From the NCBI GenBank assembly GCA_037446635.1, contig JBBIIG010000070.1:1-19885 (forward strand): a DNA stretch of 19,885 nucleotides. Reading direction: 5' to 3'. This document shows, piece by piece, positions 7,735 through 16,239 of the stretch. Made by a program: the position numbers and the translations under genes. The stretch is from a bacterium. GTDB lineage: Bacteria > Zhuqueibacterota > Zhuqueibacteria > Oceanimicrobiales > Oceanimicrobiaceae. Below the pieces are notes generated by a model. That model was not told the origin of the DNA. It ran no database searches and saw nothing but the letters and a program-made list of their open reading frames with translations. The first letter of the stretch is position 1; each line of letters begins with the position of its first letter.

Positions 7735-7776
7735 AAGGGTTTCTCGTTTAGATTTTGAAGAAACCCTTATTATTTT
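7735..7776 (+). terminator. Probable terminator hairpin after bS22
   Basis: AAGGGTTTCT (7735-7744) and AGAAACCCTT (7759-7768) form a 10-bp inverted repeat followed by ATTATTTT. Confidence 0.6.
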
Positions 7777-7796
7777 ATGAAACGAAAGGTCCGACC

Positions 7797-8669
7797 ATGC
7801 TTAAGAATAAACAACTGCTGATGTTGCTAATTATTGTGATCGGCATTTTCGTGATGGGACGAAAAACGTGGGGGTGGGGCTTTTTTGCCCACAAGTGGAT
7901 CAATCGCGCGGCGGTGGACACGCTGCCGGCAGAGGCGCGCGGCTTTTTTGAGCGGCACCGCGACTACTTGTCCGAGCACGCTGTCGATCCGGATTTGTGG
8001 CGAAACACCGATCCCGACGAGCATTTCCGCCATTTCATCGACATCGATATGTACGGCCCCTTTCCTTTCAAAGAGCTGCCCCGCGATTTCGAAGCCGCCA
8101 AAAAGAAGTTTGGCGAAGCGGTCGTGATCGAGCGCGGCATCGCCCCCTGGTGGATCGAAAAACAGTACGGCAGGCTGATCGGATTTATGAAGAGCGGCGC
8201 AACCGATTCTCTGTTGATTGTCGCCGCCGCCCTCGGCCATTACGTCTCCGACCTGCACATGCCGCTGCACACGGTGGAAAATTACGACGGCCAGTTGACC
8301 GGCAACAAAGGCATTCACAGCCGCTTTGAAGCCGAGATGATTGAAAAGTTTGCGGATAAAATTCGCCTCCAGCCTGAGCCCGCGGAGTACATCGACGATC
8401 CGCGCGCGTTTATTTTTGGGGTCGTCATGCAAAGTTACCGCCTCGCCGATGAGTTGTTGCAGGCGGACACTCAGGCGCGGGCGTCCGGAAAAGAATATAG
8501 CCAGCGGGAAGATTTTGATCGCGCCTACTACCATGCCCTGTTCGGCCAAACCGGCGACTTGGCCGCGCGCCAGATGTCGCACGCTGCAACTGCCGTGGGC
8601 AGCATCTGGTATTCCGCGTGGATCGACGCTGGGCAACCCAGGCTGCCGATTATGCAAACGGCAAATTAA
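7797..8669 (+). CDS. S1/P1 nuclease / zinc-dependent phospholipase C family exported protein
   Basis: Likely start is the ATG at 7797, followed by a hydrophobic signal peptide. Mature N-terminus WGFFAH, plus DPDLWR, HFIDID, GHYVSDLHMPLH and GIHSRFE, fits the tri-zinc ligand pattern. Confidence 0.85.
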   Translation: MLKNKQLLMLLIIVIGIFVMGRKTWGWGFFAHKWINRAAVDTLPAEARGFFERHRDYLSEHAVDPDLWRNTDPDEHFRHFIDIDMYGPFPFKELPRDFEAAKKKFGEAVVIERGIAPWWIEKQYGRLIGFMKSGATDSLLIVAAALGHYVSDLHMPLHTVENYDGQLTGNKGIHSRFEAEMIEKFADKIRLQPEPAEYIDDPRAFIFGVVMQSYRLADELLQADTQARASGKEYSQREDFDRAYYHALFGQTGDLAARQMSHAATAVGSIWYSAWIDAGQPRLPIMQTAN

Positions 8670-8723
8670 AAAAGTGCCAATTGCAAAATTTGCCTTTTGA
8701 TTTTTGCATTTTGAGGTTTGATT
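8654..8723. repeat. Inverted tract of imperfect 7-bp tandem repeats
   Basis: GCAAACG GCAAATT .. GCCAATT GCAAAAT (8654-8689) followed by TTTGCCT TTTGATT TTTGCAT TTTGAGG TTTGATT (8689-8723). Confidence 0.55.
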
Positions 8724-8734
8724 TTTTTTAAGTC

Positions 8735-9964
8735 ATGGCCCAACTTAGTTTTGACGAATTCCTCGACGAAAAAACCTACTACTCCGTTTCGGAGCTGACG
8801 AGGGAGATTCGCCTTTTGCTCGAGTCGTCGTTCCCGGAAATTTGGGTGCAGGGTGAAATTTCCAATTTTTCCCGCCACACCAGCGGCCATATCTATTTTT
8901 CGTTGAAAGACGACAAAGCGCAAATTTCCTGCGTCATGTGGCAGAGCCGCAACCAAAATTTGTTTTTCACGCCGCAGGACGGCATGAAAGTTTTGGTGCA
9001 GGGTAGGGTGACGGTTTTCGAAAAACGCGGCTCGTACCAGCTCAACGTTTTGCAATTGCAGCCGGCCGGCGTCGGCGAGCTGCAGTTGGCGTTTGAGCAG
9101 TTGAAGAACCGTCTGCGCGAGGAAGGACTGTTTTCTCCGGAATTTAAAAAGCCCATTCCACGATATCCCCAGCGAGTGGGGGTTGTAACTTCACCCACCG
9201 GCGCTGCTATTCGCGACTTGATTTCGATCCTGCACCGGCGGTTTCCAGCGCTGGAAATTATTTTGAATCCGGTGCGGGTGCAGGGGGAGGGCGCCGCGTT
9301 GGAAATTGCCCGCGCCATCGATGAGTTTAATGAGTTTGGCGGCGTCGATGTGCTAATTGTCGGGCGCGGCGGCGGCTCGTTGGAAGATTTGTGGGCCTTC
9401 AACGAGGAGGTAGTGGCGCGGGCGGTGTTTCGCTCCCAAATTCCGGTGGTGTCGGCGGTAGGCCACGAAGTGGATTTCACCATCTGCGATTTTGTGGCGG
9501 ATCTGCGAGCGCCCACGCCGTCCGCGGCCGCGGAACTGGTGGCCCCTAACCGCAACGAACTCAGCGCCCAACTGCGGGGTTATCGCGAAAAGATGACGGC
9601 GGCGCTTTTGAATTTGGTAGATTCTCGGAAAGATAAATTGCAGCGCATTCGCAGCAGTTACGGATTTCGCCAGCCGCTGGATCTGGTGCGCCAGCAAGTG
9701 CAGCGGCTCGATGAAATTCAACGCAATTTGAATCAACTGGCGATGCACAGATTGGCGCTCAGCCGTGAAAAAATTAATGGGCTCAACAAACGGCTTGCGC
9801 TTTTGGATCACCACAATGTGTTAAAACGCGGCTACAGCATCTGTTTTCGTAGGGCTGATCGCAAGCTCATTACCGATGCGGCCCTTTTAAAGACTGCCGA
9901 AGAAATCGAGGTCAATTTTTATCGCGGTAAAGTTATTGGCGCCGTAACTGAAATCAAACCTTAA
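8735..9964 (+). CDS. xseA: Exodeoxyribonuclease VII large subunit
   Basis: SVSELT, WVQGEISN, SGHIYFSLKD, VGVVTSPTGAAIRD, RGGGSLEDLWAFNEE, SAVGHEVD and APTPSAAAE motifs. Confidence 0.97.
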   Translation: MAQLSFDEFLDEKTYYSVSELTREIRLLLESSFPEIWVQGEISNFSRHTSGHIYFSLKDDKAQISCVMWQSRNQNLFFTPQDGMKVLVQGRVTVFEKRGSYQLNVLQLQPAGVGELQLAFEQLKNRLREEGLFSPEFKKPIPRYPQRVGVVTSPTGAAIRDLISILHRRFPALEIILNPVRVQGEGAALEIARAIDEFNEFGGVDVLIVGRGGGSLEDLWAFNEEVVARAVFRSQIPVVSAVGHEVDFTICDFVADLRAPTPSAAAELVAPNRNELSAQLRGYREKMTAALLNLVDSRKDKLQRIRSSYGFRQPLDLVRQQVQRLDEIQRNLNQLAMHRLALSREKINGLNKRLALLDHHNVLKRGYSICFRRADRKLITDAALLKTAEEIEVNFYRGKVIGAVTEIKP

Positions 9965-9979
9965 ATTCAACCGAAGATC

Positions 9980-10201
9980 ATGACCGAGCTGAGCTTTGAA
10001 GGCGCCATGCAGCGCCTGGAAGAAATTGTTGATGAGTTGGAGCAGGGCAACCTCCCTTTGGATGAATCATTAAAAATTTACGAAGAGGGGATGGCGCTCA
10101 TCAAATTTTGCAGCGCCAAGCTCGAGGAGACCGAAAACAAGGTCAAAATGCTGGTGAAAAACAGCGGCGGCTTCGAGGTGAAGCCGTTTGATATTGCGTG
10201 A
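9980..10201 (+). CDS. xseB: Exodeoxyribonuclease VII small subunit
   Basis: SFEGAMQRLEEIVDELEQGNLPLDESLKIYEEG motif, directly downstream of xseA. Confidence 0.96.
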   Translation: MTELSFEGAMQRLEEIVDELEQGNLPLDESLKIYEEGMALIKFCSAKLEETENKVKMLVKNSGGFEVKPFDIA

Positions 10202-10207
10202 CGTAGT

Positions 10208-10239
10208 CCGTAGGGGCAATTCATGAATTGCCCCTACGG
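10208..10239. repeat. Perfect 32-bp palindrome, GTAG-family REP-like element
   Basis: CCGTAGGGGCAATTCA|TGAATTGCCCCTACGG is its own reverse complement, with GTAG...CTAC near its ends. Intergenic, between xseB and nadK. Confidence 0.8.
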
Positions 10240-10275
10240 GATAAATTAAATTTTGAAAAATGACGGTGCTGCGAA

Positions 10276-11151
10276 ATGACCTTCGGCATCATCGCCAATT
10301 CCGAAAAGCCCATCATTCAAAAAGTTCTGCCAGAGTTTTGCGGCTGGCTTAAGAAAAAGGGCGCCGATTTTTTTGTTGAAGAACAACTGGCCGCGCGTTT
10401 ACAATTGCCAGCGGATGCGGCGCCCCGACTAAACGCCGAGGCCTTTTCACAGCGCTGCCAAATGGTCATTTCCTTCGGCGGCGACGGCACCATTCTTTCC
10501 ACCGCCCGCATCATTGGGCGGTCGGGCGTCCCCATTTTAGGCGTCAAAATTGGCGGCATGGGATTTTTGGCGGAGGTCTCCCCGGAAGAAATCCATCCCT
10601 GCCTTGAGGAAATTTTGAAGGGCCGTTATCACATTATTGAGCGCATGGTTTTGCAAGGGGAGATTAAGAGCGCCGCGAAAACCAATCACTACTACGCTTT
10701 GAATGACTTCGTGCTGGACAAGGGCGCGGTGTCGCGGGTGATTCGCATCAAAACGTTTATCGACGATCAATTTTTGAACACCTACATCGGCGATGGCTTG
10801 ATTGTCTCCACCGCCACTGGCTCCACCGCCTATTCGCTCGCGGCCGGCGGCCCGATCCTGCTGCCGTCGATGGAGGCCATCATCATCAATCCCATTAGTC
10901 CGCACACGTTGGCGGCGCGGCCGGTGGTAATTCCTGGTGATAAGACGGTCACTGCAACCGTGCTGTCGGCGCCGCAGGGGGCGGTGTTTAGCGCCGACGG
11001 CCAGAGCGGGACGGTGGTGCGCGAAGGGGAATCGGTGATCTTCAAGAAAGCCGATTACCGTATCAAATTGGTATCTCATCCCGAGCGCAGCTTCTACGAT
11101 GTCCTGCGCGCGAAATTGAATTGGGGCGATGATATTCGCGAAGGTTCATAA
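10276..11151 (+). CDS. nadK: NAD(+) kinase
   Basis: GGDGTIL, GGMGFL, ALNDFV and DGLIVSTATGSTAYSLAAGGP motifs. Confidence 0.96.
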   Translation: MTFGIIANSEKPIIQKVLPEFCGWLKKKGADFFVEEQLAARLQLPADAAPRLNAEAFSQRCQMVISFGGDGTILSTARIIGRSGVPILGVKIGGMGFLAEVSPEEIHPCLEEILKGRYHIIERMVLQGEIKSAAKTNHYYALNDFVLDKGAVSRVIRIKTFIDDQFLNTYIGDGLIVSTATGSTAYSLAAGGPILLPSMEAIIINPISPHTLAARPVVIPGDKTVTATVLSAPQGAVFSADGQSGTVVREGESVIFKKADYRIKLVSHPERSFYDVLRAKLNWGDDIREGS

Positions 11152-11179
11152 ATTCTTTTCAATTCAAAGGGAGTCCATC

Positions 11180-11450
11180 ATGCAAAAAGTCGAAGTTGAG
11201 AAAGACGCTATCACTATTTTGAAGTCGGGGCTCGAAATAGAGAAAAAGCTTTTGGATCCGAGTTTTCAAAATATCAAAAAGCGATAGCTGCATTTGCAAA
11301 AAATATCGGATGACGAGCAAAAAGTTTTTCAATGAATTCAACTCGGGCAAATTAGGAGACGAGGAACAGTGGTTTGACTGGCTATTTGCTTATAAAGCTT
11401 ATCATCACGCCAAAGGAAAACTGGATTTGGCCAAGAAAGTAAAATTATAA
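11180..11450 (+). pseudogene. Frameshifted small antitoxin-like gene (resembles the TumA-type partner of DUF6516/TumE toxins)
   Basis: RBS AAGGGAG and ATG at 11180. MQKVEVEKDAITILKSGLEIEKKLLD hits TAG at about 11285. Shifted frames continue as KYQKAIAAF and then KKYRMTSKKFFNEFNSGKLGDEEQWFDWLFAYKAY...KVKL, ending at TAA 11448-11450. AT-rich relative to the flanking genes. The family assignment is from motif recall only. Confidence 0.6.
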
Positions 11451-11452
11451 TA

Positions 11453-14068
11453 ATGTCCCACGATTTAAAATCCACCCCTATGATGCAGCAGTACCTGGCC
11501 ATCAAAGCCCGGCACCAGGATGCGATTTTGTTTTTCCGCATGGGCGATTTCTACGAGATGTTTTTTGAGGACGCCAAAATAGCTTCGGAAGTTTTGGGGT
11601 TGACGCTCACCTCCCGCGCCCACGGTAAATCCGCCGACGTGCCGCTGGCGGGATTTCCTCATCACGCGCTCGATACCTATTTAGCCAAAATGATCAAAGC
11701 CGGTTACCGCGTGGCCATCTGCGAACAAATCGAAGATCCGAAACTGGCGAAGACGGTGGTGAAGCGCGACATCACCGAGGTGGTGAGTCCGGGCACGGTG
11801 CTGGCCGATGATCTCCTCGAGAGCAAGCGCAACAATTTTCTCGCCGCAGTTTATTTTAAGGGAGACGATGCCGGACTGGCGATCGTCGATATTTCCACCG
11901 GCGAATTTACGGCGCAAGAAATTCCTCAGGAGCAATTCGTCGAAGAGTTGTTGCGGGCAAATCCGGCCGAACTGTTGATTTCGGAGGAGCAGGCCGCGTT
12001 CATTCAAAATCTGCTGCCCAAGAATGAACGCTGTTTTATCACCCAGCGCGAGCAGTGGATTTTTTCCCGCGACTTTGGTTACGACCTCCTCACCAAACAT
12101 TTCGGCGTCCTTTCCCTCAAAGGCTTCGGTTGTGAAGATTTGGATGTCGGCGTATCGGCGGCCGGCGCCGCGCTTCATTATTTGAAAGAATCGCAGAAAG
12201 GACCGCTGGCGCACATCAACCACTTGCAGCGTCAAACCGGCACCGACGCCATGAGTCTGGATAGCGACACCCGCCGCAATTTAGAATTGCTGAAATCCAT
12301 GCGCAGCGGTTCGAGCCAGGGCACCCTCATTTCCGTCATCGACAAAACGCGCACCCCTATGGGCGGCCGCAAGCTGGTGCAGTGGCTGCTCAAGCCGCTG
12401 CTGGAGCCGGCGGCGATTCAACGCCGCCTGGATGCAGTGGAGGAGTTGCTCAGCAATGAAACCATTCTCAAAAGTTTGCGCGACACGCTGGGGAAAATCG
12501 GCGACCTTGAGCGCTACCTCTCGAAGTTCACCACCAATCGCGCCAGCGCCCGCGATTTGATTGCGCTCAAAAATTCGTTGAAACTCATTCCGGCGCTCAA
12601 AGAGAATTTGAGAAAAATGGAATCGCTGGAGCTGCAGGCGATTTGTGAGCGCCTTGATGACTTGCCGACGCTGGTTGCGGAGATCGAGCGCGCCATCGTC
12701 GAGGAGCCGCCGCTGGCCGTCACCGAAGGCGGGATCATCAAAAAGGGCTATCACCCCGAATTGGACGATCTGCGCGATGTAGCGTTTTCCGGCAAAGATT
12801 GGATCGCGCGGCTGCAGCGCGACGAGCGCGAGCGCACCGGCATCGCATCGTTAAAAGTCAGTTACAACAAAGTCTTTGGCTATTATATTGAAGTGACCAA
12901 CCCTAATCTTTCAAAAGTGCCCGCGCATTACATCCGCAAGCAAACGCTGGTGAACGCCGAACGCTTCATCACTCCGGAGCTGAAAGCTTATGAGGAAAAA
13001 GTGCTGGAGGCGGAGGAAAAGATCGTCGCGCTGGAATACGAAATCTTCGATCAAATTCGCAAGCAGGCGGCGCAGCAGTCAGCGGCCATCCAGCGGGACG
13101 CCCAGCTCATCGCCGCCCTCGATTGCTTCGCTGCGTTTGCCCAACTCGCCGCGGAGAACAAATACGTGCGGCCGGGAATATCCACGTCGTCGGCCATTGT
13201 TATCGAAGCAGGCCGTCATCCGGTGGTGGAACAACTGCTGCCCTACGGTGAGTCCTTTGTGGCCAACGATACGTTTCTGGACAACGACAAGCAGCAGATC
13301 ATCATTCTCACCGGACCGAACATGGCCGGCAAATCCACCTACTTGCGCCAGGTGGGATTGATCGTGTTGCTGGCGCAGATGGGGTCGTTCGTGCCGGCTA
13401 AGCGCGCAGAGATCGGCGTGGTGGACAAAATTTTCACCCGTGTCGGGGCGTCCGATAATCTTGCCGGCGGCGAAAGCACGTTTTTGGTGGAGATGAACGA
13501 GACCGCCAATATTTTAAACAACGCCACCCCGCGCAGCCTGGTTTTGTTGGATGAGATTGGCCGCGGCACCAGCACCTTTGACGGCCTGTCCATCGCTTGG
13601 GCGGTGGCGGAGTATCTCCACAACCATCCCAAAGTGGCGGCCAAAACCATTTTTGCCACTCACTATCACGAGCTCACGGAGTTGGAGCTGATTCTGCCGC
13701 GAGTCAAAAATTATAACGTTGCGGTGAAGGAGTGGGGCGACAACATCATCTTTCTAAGAAAGATCGTCGAGGGCGGCTGCGACCACAGTTACGGCATTCA
13801 AGTGGCGAAGTTAGCGGGGCTGCCGGCGCCGCTCATCCAGCGCGCCCGCCAGGTGCTGGCCAATCTCGAGAGCGATGCGCTCACCAAAAACCATCTCCCA
13901 AAATTGGCGGCGAGCAACGGCCAGCAGCAAAGATCCCAACAGCTCAGTTTTTTCGAAGAACGGGAAGCGGCGCTGCAAGCGGAGTTGGCCGCCCTCAATC
14001 TCGACGAGCTGACGCCGCTCGCCGCACTTAACAAGCTCCACGAGCTGAAAAGAAAATTGAAAGGTTAA
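11453..14068 (+). CDS. mutS: DNA mismatch repair protein MutS
   Basis: TPMMQQY, FFRMGDFYEMF, RKQTLVNAERF, Walker A TGPNMAGKSTYLRQ, STFLVEM, DEIGRGTS and SYGIQVAKLAG motifs. Confidence 0.99.
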   Translation: MSHDLKSTPMMQQYLAIKARHQDAILFFRMGDFYEMFFEDAKIASEVLGLTLTSRAHGKSADVPLAGFPHHALDTYLAKMIKAGYRVAICEQIEDPKLAKTVVKRDITEVVSPGTVLADDLLESKRNNFLAAVYFKGDDAGLAIVDISTGEFTAQEIPQEQFVEELLRANPAELLISEEQAAFIQNLLPKNERCFITQREQWIFSRDFGYDLLTKHFGVLSLKGFGCEDLDVGVSAAGAALHYLKESQKGPLAHINHLQRQTGTDAMSLDSDTRRNLELLKSMRSGSSQGTLISVIDKTRTPMGGRKLVQWLLKPLLEPAAIQRRLDAVEELLSNETILKSLRDTLGKIGDLERYLSKFTTNRASARDLIALKNSLKLIPALKENLRKMESLELQAICERLDDLPTLVAEIERAIVEEPPLAVTEGGIIKKGYHPELDDLRDVAFSGKDWIARLQRDERERTGIASLKVSYNKVFGYYIEVTNPNLSKVPAHYIRKQTLVNAERFITPELKAYEEKVLEAEEKIVALEYEIFDQIRKQAAQQSAAIQRDAQLIAALDCFAAFAQLAAENKYVRPGISTSSAIVIEAGRHPVVEQLLPYGESFVANDTFLDNDKQQIIILTGPNMAGKSTYLRQVGLIVLLAQMGSFVPAKRAEIGVVDKIFTRVGASDNLAGGESTFLVEMNETANILNNATPRSLVLLDEIGRGTSTFDGLSIAWAVAEYLHNHPKVAAKTIFATHYHELTELELILPRVKNYNVAVKEWGDNIIFLRKIVEGGCDHSYGIQVAKLAGLPAPLIQRARQVLANLESDALTKNHLPKLAASNGQQQRSQQLSFFEEREAALQAELAALNLDELTPLAALNKLHELKRKLKG

Positions 14069-14081
14069 ACCAAATTTTTGC

Positions 14082-14110
14082 TTGCTTCTCGGAGAGGCAT
14101 TAATTAGATT
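14082..14110 (+). promoter_or_regulatory. Putative sigma70 promoter of the PorV-family gene
   Basis: TTGCTT (14082-14087), 17 nt, TAGATT (14105-14110). RBS GAGG at about 14157-14160. Confidence 0.4.
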
Positions 14111-14167
14111 CACAAAAAATTTAAGTCGCCGATAATTTGTTGTAACACTTAGGATTGAGGTTGTGCT

Positions 14168-15202
14168 ATGCGTCGTTTATTCTTCGCAATTTCGCTCATC
14201 GTCGCGGTTTTGATTTCTTCTATTTTATTTGCTGGTGGATTGACCACCGCCAAATACGCCGGCGAATTTTTGGCCCTGGGCGCCGGCGGGCAATCGCTGG
14301 GAATGGGCGGCGCATTTGTGGCAGTCGCCCGCGATGTGACCGCGGGTTACTGGAATCCGGCCGGGCTGGCTTTCATCGAATATCCAGAGCTCATGCTGAT
14401 GCACTCCCGGCAGTTTGCCGATTTGGTGAATTACAATTACGCCAGCGTGGCGCTGCCCGTGGGCCGGCGCAACAGTCTGGGGTTTAGCATCATTCGTTTG
14501 GCGGTGGACGATATTAAAAAGACCGCGCTCACCAATCCGGAAGTCGGCCTGGGCGAATTGAATCGTCCCTACGTGGTGGAGTCGTTTGGCAGCGCCGATT
14601 ACGCCTTTTTCTTCAGTTATGCCAAACGGGTTTCGGAGGGATTTTCTTACGGCGGCAACGTCAAGTTCATTAATCGCAGCATCGACGACCACTCCGCCTG
14701 GGGCGTGGGCTTCGACGTTGGTTTCATGTTCAACCCCACGTCGCAGCTGATTGTCGGCGTCAACCTGCAGGACGTGACCTCCACGCTACTAGCCTGGGAC
14801 ACCGGCCGGCGCGAGCTCATCACGCCATCAATCAAAGCCGGCGTAACCTATCCCATTACGTTTTCGTTAATGGGCGGCCGGGTGCAGCCCGCGCTGGATT
14901 TTTTGATTCGCTTTGAAAATCGCCAGGAGAACGCCCTCGCCAGCCTCGGCCGCGCCAGTTTCGATCTTAACATGGGATGGGAATACGTTTATCACAATGC
15001 CTTCTCCATTCGTCTCGGATTCTCGGACGTGGGCCAATCCGACGTGCAAATGGATTTTGGCCGCTTCACCGTTGGCGCCGGACTGCATTTGCCCAAACTG
15101 AACATCGATTACGCTTTCCTCGGTCACGAAGAGCTGGGCAGCACCCACCGCATCTCGGCCCGTCTCACCCTGGAAGAGCCCAAGTTCCAGCGCTCCCAAT
15201 AA
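14168..15202 (+). CDS. PorV/PorQ family outer-membrane beta-barrel (FadL-like, T9SS-associated)
   Basis: Signal peptide, then AGEFLALGAGGQSLGMGGAFVAVARDVTAGYWNPAGL and C-terminal IDYAF...LGSTHRIS signatures. Confidence 0.88.
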   Translation: MRRLFFAISLIVAVLISSILFAGGLTTAKYAGEFLALGAGGQSLGMGGAFVAVARDVTAGYWNPAGLAFIEYPELMLMHSRQFADLVNYNYASVALPVGRRNSLGFSIIRLAVDDIKKTALTNPEVGLGELNRPYVVESFGSADYAFFFSYAKRVSEGFSYGGNVKFINRSIDDHSAWGVGFDVGFMFNPTSQLIVGVNLQDVTSTLLAWDTGRRELITPSIKAGVTYPITFSLMGGRVQPALDFLIRFENRQENALASLGRASFDLNMGWEYVYHNAFSIRLGFSDVGQSDVQMDFGRFTVGAGLHLPKLNIDYAFLGHEELGSTHRISARLTLEEPKFQRSQ

Positions 15203-15218
15203 AAATTTGAAATTTCAA

Positions 15219-15247
15219 TTGACAAATTTAAAAAAATATTGTATAAT
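15219..15247 (+). promoter_or_regulatory. Perfect consensus sigma70 promoter of the yicC-gmk-rpoZ-coaBC-UDG-dnaB operon
   Basis: TTGACA (15219-15224), 17 nt, TATAAT (15242-15247) in an AT-rich intergenic region. Confidence 0.85.
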
Positions 15248-15355
15248 CTAAGTCAATTGAATATTGTAACTTAATGGATGTAGATTTTAGCATTTTCTGG
15301 GCTAAAAAATTCCGAATATTGCGAATCTGCGTCCCTCCAGCATTAGGGTTTTTGT

Positions 15356-16234
15356 ATGATTTTCAGCATGACAGGTTTTGGACGGAGCGAGCTTAAGCAG
15401 AATGGCTTGGAGGTGCAGGTCGAGATTCGGTCGCTCAATCATCGTTTTTTGGAAGTCGAAATCCGCGCCCCAAAGCACGTTCTGGCATTCGAGCAGGAAA
15501 TTAAAGATCTGGTGCGCTCCCATCTCTCCCGGGGACGAGTGAATGTTACGATTGCCGCCAAGGGGGAAGAAGAACCCACCACCGGACTCGCAGTCGATAA
15601 GGCGCTGGCTGCAACTTACATTCGGCTGTTGCGCGAACTCCAGAGCGAGCTAAAATTAGAGGGCGGCATCAAATTAGAGCAATTGTTGACGCTGCCCGAT
15701 ATCATCACTTATGAATCCACCAGGCCCACCGAATCCAACATTTGGGCGCCGCTCAAGCAAGCCATCGAGATGGCGTTGCAGGATTTGAAGAATATGCGCT
15801 TGAAAGAGGGAGAGGAGATCAAAAAAGATTTGCAGGCGCGAGTCATGGGCATCGATGCGATCATCAAAAATATTGAAGAGCATTCCAAGAATAAATCGGT
15901 GGAAGCATTTGAGCGGCTCAAAGAACGCATTTCGAGTTTGTTAAAAATGGAAGGGCTCGACTCCGGACGCCTGGAGATGGAGGTGGCGCTGATGGCCGAC
16001 AAGTTGGACGTGACCGAAGAGTGCACCCGCTTCAAGAGCCACAACGCGCTGTTTTTAGATTACCTTGAAAACGGCAAATCCGAGGGCCGCAAGCTGAATT
16101 TTTTGTTGCAGGAAATGCACCGCGAAGCCAACACCATCGGCGCAAAAGCCAACGACGCCGCGATTGCGCACTACGTGGTGGAAATCAAGGAGGAAGTGGA
16201 GAAATTACGGGAGCAGGTGCAAAACATCGAGTGA
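15356..16234 (+). CDS. yicC: YicC/YloC family endoribonuclease
   Basis: SMTGFGR, EIRSLNHRFLE, DVTEE, GRKLNFLLQEMHREANTIGAK and EKLREQVQNIE motifs. Confidence 0.96.
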   Translation: MIFSMTGFGRSELKQNGLEVQVEIRSLNHRFLEVEIRAPKHVLAFEQEIKDLVRSHLSRGRVNVTIAAKGEEEPTTGLAVDKALAATYIRLLRELQSELKLEGGIKLEQLLTLPDIITYESTRPTESNIWAPLKQAIEMALQDLKNMRLKEGEEIKKDLQARVMGIDAIIKNIEEHSKNKSVEAFERLKERISSLLKMEGLDSGRLEMEVALMADKLDVTEECTRFKSHNALFLDYLENGKSEGRKLNFLLQEMHREANTIGAKANDAAIAHYVVEIKEEVEKLREQVQNIE

Positions 16235-16239
16235 GCGTC

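Noticed and set aside
7755..7796. Upstream TTG start for the S1/P1 nuclease given by the ORF track
   Set aside because: It lies inside the terminator hairpin. The ATG at 7797 directly precedes a proper signal peptide.
11159..11350. 63-aa minus-strand ORF in the nadK-mutS gap
   Set aside because: No recognisable motif. The plus strand has an RBS, an ATG and a recognisable frameshifted protein pattern.
15228..15256. Divergent minus-strand promoter using TTGACT (15256-15251)
   Set aside because: No convincing -10 element at 16-18 nt spacing and no minus-strand gene to drive.
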